Source of the DNA: Ophelia neglecta | Lineage: Eukaryota | Assembly: GCA_965285935.1 (NCBI GenBank) | Contig: OZ260663.1 | Coordinates: forward strand, 90,148,001 to 90,212,000 | Direction of reading: 5' to 3' | Length of the DNA: 64,000 nucleotides | Part shown: piece by piece, positions 38,829 through 52,300 of the stretch | Position numbering within the stretch: the first letter of the stretch is position 1 | Layout of the letters: each line of letters begins with the position of its first letter | Program-made: the position numbers and the translations under genes | Notes under the pieces: model-generated | The model's input: only the letters and a program-made list of their open reading frames with translations | Databases searched by the model: none | What the model was told of the DNA's origin: nothing

Positions 38829-39302
38829 CACCGGTGTGGTTACATGAATGGTGATCTTGGAGTCGAAGTTCATGTTTTTGCTTACAGGCAATGCATTTAT
38901 TTATGTACATTAGGCTGTCAACTCGTGTCGTCTCTACAAATATCAATGTATATTTTGGACATTGTCGTAAATAATGAGGGTTGAGGGGAGGGGTTGAGGG
39001 GAGGGGGTTTGGGGGATGATGGCCCCTCCTCCCTTTGCTAAGCACCTATCTGGCCAAGTGGAGTATAAATGTTCGGATGAGAGTCACTTCCAAAAAGGGA
39101 CTGCGTTAGATGTCAGCCTATCATATCCCTATGGGAATTGCCAGTAACTCCACACACTCCAAACGACACCCACCCCTTCTGATAAACATTTTTTCTTACT
39201 ACATAAGACATACCAGTTTATGATTATGTTGATTAAGCACAATATGCCGCACAAACTACAAAATGGTTTTAAATTACAATTTTACTCTAAAGGTATCGGC
39301 AG

Positions 39303-42300
39303 TTAATTGAAGAATATCCCTGGAACATTCAGAGACGGTGCCGACTGTTTATAAAAGTCTTTAGGCGTTTGGCAGTTTTTTTCTTGATTATATAACAAAT
39401 GAGCATCGGCCACAGTTTGTGTAATGCCCATGTGGTCGCGCACATAGCGACAAATGTCACAGACGTGTCTCTGCTCGTTCTGCCAGTCCACAACGTACTG
39501 TTCCTTTTTATGTATAATTGCGTTATATTCTTCGTCGTGCTGATCCAGGTGTAGGAGGTGATCCGCCAGGGCTTTGGGAGATGGGAAATCCCTTATGTCA
39601 ATATATGTACCGGCAGGAACGTATTTGCTATAATCTGCGGCACCCAACACCACGCCCACGATTGGTTTCGTCATAGTTCTCCAAAACTTTTCGGTGAAAT
39701 AATCCCTGCACAAACTGTTCTCAAATGACAGATAAAACTTGTAATCTAACAGCATATGTTCACAGTCGGACTTGAGTTTTGTACACGTTTTATTTCCACA
39801 TGTACCATACACGTCTACTGGTATGTATTTTGCCAGTTCCTCTGCGTAAAGTTCTCGTCTGCTTTGTGTGTGACAGTTACTAACAAACCAAGCGGCCATG
39901 TGCGGCTTATCTTTGGCGTAATCTTTAGTTGTATTGCTTGGGTTTTTCTTTTTTATCACCCGGGGTCGAGGGTACCGGATGTCCGTCTGGGGACTGGGGG
40001 TATTGGTAAGGTTGAAAATGTCCGTATTGGCCTCGAACCATGGTCGCTGAGCGTACACGGATGACTCGAATTCAACGTATACCCATTTCTGGGAGGAAAA
40101 CCTGAAAAAAGATTAAATTGTCTTTTTAATATTTCTTTTTATGAGTTTTATGAGTTTTATGAGTTGGGAATTTTCTGTGATAGAAAAACTGTTGATAACT
40201 TCCTAAAATAGTGTACACACTTTCCTTCCTCCCAGTGCCCCATAGCTGTTAGTCTGCACTGACAATCACATCACGTCAGCAGTGTAATAAGATTCCAGAA
40301 GAAGTGCCCGCTATGTTAAATAAATTGTACGGAAAATGGCTGAATATTATTCTTGAAGGTTTCTGATTTTATTAGTAGAAATGGAATTTTGGATGGTCGT
40401 TTGAAGACAGCAAAAGGTTTTAGTTCACGTTAGTTTGTTATGAAATAAACTATTGATGTCATTATATAAATTTGAAATGAACCAGTCTCTCTCCTGTAAT
40501 GCTACCTATTGGTAGGCAAGATCTTTCCGCTAGTTGGGAACAGCCAACTATAAAGGACGTGATGGTTGTGAGGCAAGTTTTTGTATTTTCTACTCCCACA
40601 ATGACTTTGTGTCTATGTTTGTACCCATGTAACTATCAAAACTTTGAGACTTCTCTACAAAGAGTGTTGGTAAGTATAATCGAACAAACAAGCCTTGACA
40701 CAATTTGGATATAAAGAAACCAAGGAGCTATAAACTGGTTGTTTAAATAAAGTAACAAGTGTGTGTTGCGAAGAAACTGATGAAATCACCTACATATTAA
40801 ACAGACCGTGACATAGGCCTACATGTAAGTCTTAAGCCTAAGGCCTACCTGTAGGTTGGGAGTTTGTATTCCGGAATCAGGCGAAGTCTTATGAGGAGAG
40901 CATCACTGTAGTTGTACATGGACTTGTCCGAAGTATATTCACATGTGGCATCCGGCCCTAAATCACATGATTCAGCTTGCTTCTCTGTAAACCATTCCAT
41001 CTCTTCGTTATATTTTGCAGTCCAAGACAAAATACGAATAGTATTTGGCTTCTCACCGGCTAGTTTATCTCGCTTCCGGTTAATGAATTCTATTTCCGGT
41101 CTGGGATATCCATTGATGATCTTTGGTGGTTTAACAACAGTTCTACTAGGGGCACTTTTCTTTTCTCTACTAAACAGCACTGTCTCTATGTCAATGTCTA
41201 CATTATTATCAATGTATTTGACCTTGCTCCCTAAAGCATTGTGGTACTTGGGGTTATTTCCGGTAAAGATCTTGATTGTGGGTATGCTGTTGACCTTTGT
41301 GAAACAGATGTAATACATTGTCAGTATGGCACAGAGCACAGCCCACCTCAACTCTGGCCGTGAAAGGAGGCTGAAACAGAAGAACTTTATTAGCTTTATT
41401 TCACTCATTAACGGTACAAATTAAACTGAATTTATTTAGTGTCACTTAACCCATAACATCAACACGTACAAGGGAGCAATGCGGTTTTAACAAAACAACA
41501 CCAGGACGCCATAGATAGCCGAGGCGGCAGGCACTGGACGACATGTAACATATATAAATAGATATAATGAGCGATAATCGGTTAGTGTTTGATGTATAGC
41601 CAGAAGGCTATATGTAAATTGGGGTTGGAATAAGGCAGAAATGGTGATTTTGACAATACTACGTGGTGGCTGGAATAAGCAAAATCAATAAAAAGTGGAT
41701 AGCGGTAATATTAGTTCTATCGAAATAGGGATATCTTATATATGGCCAATGTAGGAGTTTGCGGCTAGCAAGGGTAGTTTTTAAAATTGAAATGTGTTTA
41801 AGGTTTTGTTAGGTTTTGTTTACAAAATCCTCCCAAAGCAACTATCGAAATTAAATCAGTTTTCAAGGGTCTGTGATTTGACAGTCTCCCCGAAACTTAT
41901 TTCCGACAATCATTTTCAGTAGGCCTATAATATTGTATGCAGTTGGACATTCTATTTAAAGCCAAAGGAGTTGTTTCGGATCTCCAGCTCCACCCCCCCC
42001 CCCTCCAAACTTGTTAAGAAGACCCCCCACCCCCTCCCTCCCCATCTGGTCTTGGGGGAGGTGATATTTGACATTGTGATGGACGGGGAACTTTTGCCCT
42101 TTACTCTGTTTTTCTATTTAATTTTTTCGGATATTATAACGTATATATCTATTTGGCAAAGTAAGAGCCCGGCGTGACAAACGAGAGGTAGCTAAACGCG
42201 AAAACCTCGCACTGAATGAAGCCCCTTCATGCATGGCAGTCCGTGATTATAGATACCAGGATGGGAGGGACGGCGTTGCAAATACTAGATGTGTTTGGAG

Positions 42301-43528
42301 GAGGAGGCGGAGAGAGGGGCCATATAATTAATTGTAGCACTTTCAAAATGGGACCGGAGGGGGGGGGGCTAAGAAACGCCCCCAGGGGAGAAAATAACAG
42401 TATCCACCTATGCAAATCGAAATATAATTTTGGCATTAGGGGTGTTCACATTGCTCCAGATCGTGTGAGGGGGTCCCGATAATCAACAAGAACTCTGACA
42501 CGGTGGAGGGGGGGGGGAGAGGCGGTTGGGGCAGGGGAGATCATATTGCTTTCGCGCATTTTACCTGGCCGGAACTATCGAACCTATGATATATATTTGT
42601 AGCAGTCTATGTACATGATTAATGACGCCGAAGCAGACACTATACATGTAGTTACCCAGAGGGGTGTACCTAGCCAGACAATAGCGCTCTGTGCAGTCAC
42701 CCCTTTGTCCTGTTGGTTGTACTGATAGCAATCCGTGCTATATTTAAAAGCCGTCTGCCTATGCTTCGTTCTAATTATTAACCCGTGGGAGGATTTCGGT
42801 AATAAATGCCACATCTGATATGACACGAATATGGTAAACATCTACCCAACTTCTAAGGCCTCTTAAATCCCTTATTGTAGCAACATTTAATTGCTGAAAA
42901 TTCTTTTATACTTTGCTTAAGATCCACGGCCAAATACTAGGCCGCCTAATGTAATCCTATGTTAATTGTAATCTGTTACAACAACCAGTTAATGCCAATT
43001 CAGCCGTAGGCGGGCCAAACTATACTGACGGGCATTCTTACACGTTCAAATTTACTACAATTAAACATCCCCCGAATTATAGCATTGAAACAAGCTTCAT
43101 ACCAGTTCGATAATGTCTGTCTACAGTCTACATAAGACCTATGGGTTCATGCCCTATTTCGCCAGTGATAAACATGACAGTCGTTTGATATAATCTATTT
43201 CAAGATGATTTAAGTATTGCTATTACTTATTGGCATAAAAAGTTTCGCGCCCCCGAGACAGCCGAATCTTGGCATTGACATATACACACCGGGTAAGAAC
43301 CTAAGGGATGTGGCCCGACAAACGTAAAAAAAACCCATAAAATCATGTTGGAATGAATAAACTATTAAAATCGCATACATAATTCACGACGGAACTGTTA
43401 CATTTTTCATTGCATTTGACATACGGTTTTTATATCGCTTCAGCTGTATACTTTATACAAATAAACATACTACAATAGTCAGAATGAAACACAGCTTACC
43501 TATAACCTGTCCTCACACCGCGCACCAT
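39303..43528 (-). CDS. Alpha-1,3-fucosyltransferase (CAZy GT10), type II membrane protein, ~449 aa
   Basis: Exons 43528-43500 (MVRGVRTGY), 41370-40849 and 40101-39303 join in phase (1350 nt). N-terminal TM segment WAVLCAILTMYYICF. GT10 motifs AAWFVSNC, VDVYGTCG and YKFYLSFENSLCRDYFTEKFW. The short first exon is the least certain part. Confidence 0.9.
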
Positions 43529-43936
43529 CGTTTACAGAATATTCCATATAATTTTACGCCGGCAAATTGGTGATGTTCCGAAATTCTTGGTAATTTTAAC
43601 CCTGCAGATGCGAGTCTCTGACACCTTGTCTATTAGCTTAACGTATGGAGAGTGTTTGCCACAAACAACGTGTGACACTCCTGTTGCTGCTGACACGTTC
43701 AGACTTTACTAGTAAGGTATAGCCTGCCAATACCCACGTGCGCGCTAACGACACGCTGTGTGATTTGATGGTTGACCCCGCGTTGGCTGGTGCTTAAGCC
43801 TTAGGTTGTGGTGGTGATCACTTATCGAGATAGAGGGGGAGGGGGGGGGGGGGGGGAGGGGAGCAGTGATAGATTTAATAATTGTTCATCCTTGCGACCG
43901 AGCACTGACTGACTGGCCATACCGTACATGATTCGC

Positions 43937-44063
43937 AAATTACCTCTATGCGTTGTCCTTCTGTAGACCAATTACCTCTATGGGATGTCCCCATGAAGAC
44001 AAATAATATATGCGCGATGTCCATCTGAAGACAAAATACCTGTTTCCCCATGAAGACAAATTA
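43937..44063. repeat. ~32-bp minisatellite, about 4 degenerate copies, upstream of the fucosyltransferase
   Basis: Units resemble CAAATTACCTCTATG.G.TGTCC..(A/C)TG(T/A)AGAC. Confidence 0.65.
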
Positions 44064-44566
44064 AGGGAGAGTGAATAGCAACGGACCATAGGGGGAAAGG
44101 AGCCATGACTATTTGGCGAGTGTTAATACTATCTACGGGTATTAAACAATTTAAAAATTATCTGGAATGCTTCAAAACACACGTGAGACGAGTACTACTG
44201 GATCATCGGGGTCGTTTGCAATATAACGGGGAGGGCATCATTATATTTTCTTTGAACATTTGTTTGAGAGCTGTATGTTGACAATTCTATCAATTGGTTT
44301 TCCAAATCGCCAATACATGTATATTCCGTTAATAACGCAATCAATATATACATAGGCTAACTGTCAGACTGAAATACTAGGGCTGGAAATGTACAAAAAT
44401 TCTGAAAGATTGAGGGTGCATGCGATTTTTAAGGTTCTATGTCTAACTTAGTTTCTGGTTCCTTCTGACACTCGGTGCTATAGACATGCTGGTATGCTAA
44501 GTTTCCAGTACTTATGGTTAGCCGGGGGGGGGGGGGCAGACAGTCTCAGTTTGTCATTTCCTCTCA

Positions 44567-44758
44567 CAGTGGCGGATCCAGGATTTCAGGAAGGGGGGGG
44601 GGTTCCAAGGCTGACACGGCCAATGTCTGGATTGTCCCTGTTAGGCCGGTTACCAACCCCCTTAAACCACCTTGCGTTGGTCCGGAAATAGGCCATGGTC
44701 CAGGCCCATTTTTTGTTAAGGGGGGGGGGGGGTCCTCCACCCCCTGAAACCGCAACTG
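44567..44758. mobile_element. MITE with CAGTGGCGG-type TIRs
   Basis: CAGTGGCGGATCCAGG ... CCTGAAACCGCAACTG, flanked by the direct repeat TCTCA. A second, right-truncated copy lies at 45091-45263. Confidence 0.75.
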
Positions 44759-45090
44759 TCTCATGTATACTTCGTTCAAGCATGTTGAAGGATGTTGTTT
44801 CCCTAAGGCTAACCATATACATGTATACAGTAACATGACCGAGATGTATAGACGATCGCCGAAAAGACAAGCCCAGTTACCCTTGTAGCTCCAAGAAAAA
44901 CACACACGGTAATCGGCAAGACAGAATTATTGTCGAGAGGTTAGTGCAGGGATGTTACAATAAAAATAAGCTCTGATTAAATGGCAAATATTCTATTATC
45001 AGCCATTGCTATCCTCTTGATATCTGCACACTGACTTTGGACTGCGTTCTTTGTCGGTTTTCCGTGGTCGTTTAATGGTAGGATTTAATA

Positions 45091-45263
45091 CAGTGGCGGT
45101 TCAGGATATCAGGCAGGGGGCGGGAGGAGGGGGGGGGGGGTTCCAAAGCTGACAAGGCAAATTTCTTGATTGTCCAAGTTACCAACCCTCTGAAACCACA
45201 TTGCGTGGGTCTAGAAATAGGCCCAGGTCCGGGCCCACTTTTTGGCAAAGGGGGGGGGGGGGG
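45091..45263. mobile_element. Second, truncated copy of the CAGTGGCGG MITE
   Basis: Colinear similarity to 44567-44732 (GTTCCAA.GCTGACA.GGC.AAT, GTTACCAACCC, GAAATAGGCC..GGTCC.GGCCCA). Confidence 0.7.
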
Positions 45264-46365
45264 CTTTTGCGTCCAACATGGCGCGAGAGCCTGAAACTCG
45301 CAAGTTTGTAAAAGAACAACCTAAATGACGTTAAGTACTTAACGTAGATCAACCTTTATTTTATTTAGTATGAGAAGTACTCTCAACCTGGTAGAGTGTG
45401 TATTCATTTTTTTGAAATCGGAATATTAACAACTGAAAAAAAGGATTTGAAATTCTCAAAATGTGGCCGTAAACTAAATATTGGTTCAACTCTTAGTTTT
45501 CAAATTAACTATACCGGCACATAATCTCTAATCGATTTAGAAAATGTAATGATATGCTTAGCAAAGTAACAATCGTCTGGCAAATGTTTGCACCATTTGC
45601 GGAGTAAATGGTCTTGGTCCTCCTTCCTATTCGTTTGAATGCTGTGTTTGTTTAAATTTGTGTTATATTATATGTCCTTCAAAAGCTTCGCTTAGCGAGA
45701 AAACTGCAAACGCACATCTATAGAAAATAGGCAAAAACAGACTTTTGATGTTAGATTTATTTCAGTGTGTTTAAATAAAAATTATCTAAGAGGCACAAAG
45801 GAAATAAGGACCAGTTAAACTCGTACAAACAAAGATGACCATTTAAACCAGCTTAGTATACTGACCTAAATGTTTAATGAAACTTACTAAAATTCCCTTA
45901 AACCAGCAGCGCGAGCATATTATATGTATATATTTGCAGAGGTTATTCATACATGTATTTTAAATTTAGGGACCCTTTATATGCGCCATTAATAATGTGT
46001 AGAGATAAAAAGAGGGGATGCATCGATTAATTACAATCGTCATTATTGGCGAAAACGCTGGAAAATAAGTTCTACTGAGTGAAGACTTTGGTCTTTTTTA
46101 AATCATGTTCACATGTTTTGTGTCGTTAAACGATAACGAATTGCTAGAAATTTGTGTATAAATTCAATTGCATTATCTTTGGGATGTTTATCTTACTAAG
46201 TAAAACCAACTGTAAACTTAAATCTATTCACCAACCAAGCCCCGCACCACGGATTAAACACAGATATAATAAGCTATTAAACCAATGCAACCTTAAAAGG
46301 ATCGCAATTATCCATCGATTAAGGCATCACATTTTCTACATTTTCTTCGGTTAATCATGGTGTCC

Positions 46366-49300
46366 TCAGCAGCTCACAGCAGCTCCCGCGTCTTCGGAAG
46401 ACTGGAATAAAGAGGACAACATCAATTCACCCTAATTCACCTTTATTGCTACGTCATACCAAAACGACGTTTTACGACTTTAAAAAAATCATTGTCAATT
46501 AGTCAAGCATGCAAATTAAATATTGTCTTTTACATTTACATTGTACCTGACTATTAATTCAAGTGATAAGTGTTATATAAGCCGTAAAGTGCCATTTACC
46601 TTTTGCTTTTCCAAACACATTTGCCTGGATAGCCTTCTTGCCTCCGTTCTTCTTTCATTGGTTTTCAATGTTGTTCCAAAGATGTCTTCGTGGTAGCGTT
46701 TCGACTCCTATAATACCCGCATTATTAATATCAGGTTATCAGCCAAGTGATACATGCAAATTCAAGGCGTATAGCAGGCGCAATAATACATTCGGTCATT
46801 CTATTTTTATCATTGCCAAAACTACTATTAAACCGTCGATATTTTATTATGTACAGTAATACCCTCTTAAATTATATTTAGTACATAGATATGCTGAATA
46901 ATTGTCTTCTGTTATAACTGGTTAAAATATACACTTCTCTCTAAAGTTGAACACGTCGGAGGGTAATTCAATTCGTATTGGAATTCACTATTCACCACAA
47001 AACGAATAATGTTTGACTTTCCGGCCAAAGTCGGACCGTTGTGTTATGAGAAGGGTTTAGAATTACTGTGATGTGTCATCTGCCAACTGGGCAATAAACT
47101 CAGTTTAAAGTTAGTCTCGTAATAAACAAGTCTTAAGCGCTCTTTTAATGCTTATGACTCATCTTAATTGTTTCGAAACAAATCATGGCGTGCCATATTC
47201 AGAGATAAAGCTAGTTAAACCTTGTTTATAGAAATAAACGCTGTTTATCCCATAACACTGATTTACCTTCAGTTTATCAATGGCAGTAGCAGCTTGGTCT
47301 TCGTCCATGTTACTGTGCCTTTGCAATATTAAAGACAGCGTCTCGCGTATATCGTTTGCCATGTCAATATCGCCACAAACATACAAGTGGCCTTCTTGCT
47401 CTAGCATTGCACGGTAGACATCAGACCCATTTTGTAGCATCATATGTTGAACATAAACCTGCATGAGAATGAAATTTCAGTGTGTGTAAAGATTGATACA
47501 AAATCCTACCACGATAGGATATTTATACCATTTAAACATTGCAGTCTCTGTGTACGATTTAATAAATTCAGTTTGGTGTCATTTATTATATTGCCACCGA
47601 TACTCCACGCCTGTTGAAAGACCACAAGACCCAGAGTCAATATTGCAGGAAAACAAAAACACCCGAGTAATGAGAAATGACCAAAGAGGCTCATTCCGGG
47701 AGAAAGAGATGGGTCATTTTGCCATTTTGTTCAAACTATTATGATATGCTATGTAAATAAATGCGATAAATGCAGACTAATTTGAATTTTAGCTAACCTT
47801 TTCGCGTCCAGGTTCACGCGAGAAGGCTGTGTAGTTCTTTCCGAGAACGCCCAAATCTGTCATGATGTCCCTTTCAGCAGCGTGTAAATTGTCACTTCCG
47901 GAAGTACGGCAGCCAAAATATAGAGTCATTTCTCCATACTGCGAGCCTGTAAAAAGGTAGATGATAATATGTATTTAACATAAGGTAGGCCTATCTTTGG
48001 CTCTACCGGTGGGCATTCCCAGTTCCTCTATGCTACGATAAAAGGAACAGTAAGCCATACTACTGTTCAAATTGTTACAAATGCATCAACAAGCGTGTAT
48101 ATCTGTTATCATTGTACAATTGACCAGAAGCACATCCGGTGTACACCCAAGTTCTTTATATAATCATTGCTATCATCGATATGCAAATTTGCGATTTTCA
48201 ATGACTGTAAATGTTTATTTGCACGTTTAATTTGATGGATTTTGTCTTGTTTACTATTATCAGTGGGAAAACTGTATAGCTTTTGCTTAGCTTACATATC
48301 TAAGTCGATGGATTATACAATTAACAATAACAAAGCTATTATTTGTCAAACAACAATGGCGTAAACACTTCAATTGATGGTTACACCGATGCATGGTTTA
48401 TAGCATAATAGATAATTTCCGTATTTGCCGATCTGTTCTGTCTAAAATAAGACCAAGGTACCATTTTGGCAAGGCAGATACCAAACCCACACACTATGAA
48501 TAATAATTTTGGATGTACCTTAAAAACCCTGGACGTGTTTGTAATGTAAACTACGTGACGGGAAAGACCTACCATTTTTGTCAATGTCAACCTTTCGTTG
48601 TTGCCAGAACGAGCGGAATGGAGCAATACCGGCACCTGGTCCGACCATTATGACAGGAGATACATCCTTTTCTGGCATATGAAAGTGGTTGGGGCTAGAT
48701 AAAAAAGAACATGTTATTCTAATGGATATGGCTTTGTTTGATGACAGAATACGATGTGGCTTGAAATTGCCTTTTTTGCCAATTTTGCTTTTTTAGCATT
48801 AAGTGCCAACGGAGCCCTAGCAGAAATTACCGAATTCTCTCACGTGATTGACCGATGAGCCACAGTTGATTGTACGTATTTACAGCAATTAAACACTTAA
48901 ACAATATCGTTTTGTAAGAACATTCCCGATATTTGTTTATTTATATTTATCCTAATATTTTAATTTTTTTTAGAGTACAATGAATTCATTCAATGAAATT
49001 CATTGGCATAACTTATCTATTACCGTTAACCATACAACAGGTTTTTCCAGGCGTAAAAGTATTTCATCTGATATCTTCACTGAGTTTATCTTCCCCTGAA
49101 AACCTTCTGAAGAAAATCTTCTGAAGATGCATGTATCTTTTCAGAGGACATACTTATACTTGTCTTAATATTATATCAATAGGTTAACAGTTAACGAAGT
49201 CCGGGGCCGGTAGTATGGGCTGGTATAAGCTGAACTTCCCAATCGCCTTAAGGCCGATGTGTAGTGGATTACCTTCTTACAAAGCCAGGCACAATGTTCC

Positions 49301-52300
49301 CTGCCGACAGCCCGGCCAGCCAGTTTGAACAAACACCATGCCTTGGAATCCCGTCTACAGTAAGGAAAGTGCATTGCATGATTATACCTGGGCTTTATTT
49401 TTTTGTAAAAACAAAACGATTTGACTAAAATTTGGGTAATAATATGTCTTACCAATACGATTATTATAATGCTATTATTTTATTGTGCGGGTGTGAGACG
49501 TACCAGCATTGTTAAAACGAACTACCGCCACGGTCAGATGAATCTCTCCAGGAAACATGGCATTGGAGGAAGACATGCTGTAGTAGCGTGGCTTTAGCAG
49601 GGGAAGTAGATGGAGCAGAAATGCTGCTGGGACTCTGAGCGAAGGAAACTGACCAAGTGCGTCCGCTACTGTCGGTTGGTATTCATGGCACCAGTCATCG
49701 TAGGATACCTTTCCCTGGTCATAAATCATAATTCAAACAAATGATAAGTACGAAAGTGATGGATCGAAATTTATATCAATGTTTAGGTTTAATAAAAGCT
49801 TTGATGGAAAGTTTGGTAAAGTATAATTGAGACATAGTAAGAAGAGGACAGCGTTAAAGAAAAGAAACCATGAGAAAAGGAACAAAGATAATCCAGAGGG
49901 CAATGAGGACATAGCGAAAAACGAAAAGAACGAAAGCATCGTCACGAAAAAGAAAAAAAACAGAAGACAAAGTATGTCGATTCAAAAAAATGGAGACAGA
50001 CACAGATTGTTTAACAATGATAAAAAGAACGTTGTAAGCAACCAAAAGATATGCAATTCACTGGCATTCATAACGCAACATACGGTTTAATCGTTGAATT
50101 ACCTGCGCAAGTTCCAAGAACTCGACTTTCTCCTGCTCGTCAGTTACGAGAGGAGCCATCTGAGTTAGAAAATATGGCGTAGGTGGCGTCGTGATGTCTA
50201 GATAGCGTGTCAAAGCTTCTCTCACTGTACACACCGGAAGACGACCTGGGACCTCCCAGGTCTTAGTCACACCTTTGATATGGAACACACTAATTAATAT
50301 TTTAATATCATTTATGCCAGAACAGTAGCACATCATAAGTAAAACACAACTTAATAAAAATAAAGAAATGAATTATAACCATTAGGGCTAGGGGTTGTTC
50401 TAGCCACTTCTATCTGGATAGGTGTGTCTGGGTTTGAATGAATATCCAACTTATTCAAGATGTCGTCCACAAGCTCTGGCCTATTATTGGGCATGATTCC
50501 AATGTGATCGCCTGGCATGAAATCCATAGTGGCAGAGCCAGTCTTGAGTTTCACCAACAGGGTCTGATTGCTACGAAACAATTGGCATGCTATTTTTTAA
50601 ACCAACGTTTAGAATTGATTCCTTTTTATTAAAAATAGTTGTTAGATGCCAACTTTACACGGTTATGGCGTAAAACGTTGAAATTAATTTAGATACACCA
50701 CCTCTTCTAGTAAGTACAATGTACGAACTCTTTTCTCTGTTAAGATGAGTTACGTGTACCCATTTACAAAAGGAGCTACATTGATGTCGCTGAGAAGTCT
50801 TGTATTCTATTGTAATTTTAAACTCACTCTGAATCAAGAGCTTTGAGATGAGTTACGCTGATCACCTTGGTGGCAAATATTGGTTTACCAACTATATGAG
50901 ACACGCCTGAAAGTAAACAATAAAGGGCGTTGTATTGCCGGGGTTGAACTATGGTCAGATGTGATTTGCTTCACCCGAGAATAGTTACATATTCAGGATA
51001 TGTTCTCAAATGAAGCAAAACATCCTGTTCCCGCAAATGGGAGGCTTTACAAAGACACGATTTTATGTCTTGATTCAATACAAATAAAAAAATACTGTAC
51101 ATCTCCATTGATGTAAAACATGAATGGATTGGAAACTGGTTTCAATTCCAATTCCAGCATTTATATTGGCAGGGTCTCCAAACTGTATTTTGTTCTGGTG
51201 CATATATGGATTATAAGTTCTTTAAATAAACAATATTTTGGAAGTGATTTGCCATTGACCCGGCCCTTGATTGACTTTTATACATTATTGAACTAAGCAC
51301 TGGTGAGGTTTCTATGACTGGCATGGTTCTGCTTGATATATAAAATAAATTTATTGTGTTAACTAATCGTGTATGATTAATAAAAACATACTTTCTTCAG
51401 ACACTAGAGTGAATTGGTTTTATGCGTTTTCCTAGTATCATTTAAGATAAGGTCGGCTTACGCTGAAGTAGTTTTACAAATAGTGATATCAGAATGGCAA
51501 TGTTATTTATATTTGACCAATTTAAAATTTGTTTATAACATTCGCTAGGTGGCGTGTTTGAACATGCATTTTATTGAGACTTAAATATATCTTACTGAAA
51601 ACAGTATTAATCTCTAATCTATTCAGCATAATTCAAATACGTACATCATATTATTGAGGATCTGTACGCCTGGGTTTCGACAAGGAGGGAACGTTTAGTT
51701 ATGCAAAAAAGGAATTCCTAAAGCAAGTCTCATGACACCAATAGAATATGAATTAGGGTATGTAGGTTTGAATGCAGCTACTTATTGGGGGTTGATCATT
51801 CACAGGATGCATTCCAACGCAAGTAATAGTTCCTATGATTTTTGCGAATGCAACTAGCCAACAAGTAAATGCCAACGAAAGAAAACTACATCTTTCTTCT
51901 GTATATACGCACCTGACATGTCATCCGATCTCTTCGTTGTAGTCTTGACTTGGAGGCGATATTTTCCCGGTTTCCAGGTATTGTCCGGATAATACTCAAA
52001 CAAACCAGGTGATATGCTATCTCCTAGCAGGATGTCACACGAGACCTGCAAAATAGTTTTTGAATAAGACCCAGGCACCGGTCGTCTGCAATTGGGTTAC
52101 CACGTTTTATTTATATATCTGCAAACGAGAGGAAAGCATACTGGGGGGATTTTGTACAGGTTTTCTTTATTTATGAATGGGCGACTTTCTACCACCACTA
52201 CTTACTAGTAACTTGTTGAACTTATGAATAGCGCGGACTTACGCCAAATGTGTGTTTTCTCCAGATATTGAAAGCGTCTTCCTGGCCTCCCATCTCGTCC

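Noticed and set aside
39756-41313. Plus-strand ORFs 39756-40064 and 40912-41313
   Set aside because: They are antisense shadows of the fucosyltransferase exons.
49733-50090. Lys/Glu-rich ORF and complementary Phe/Leu-rich ORFs
   Set aside because: This is purine-rich low-complexity sequence inside a NOS intron.
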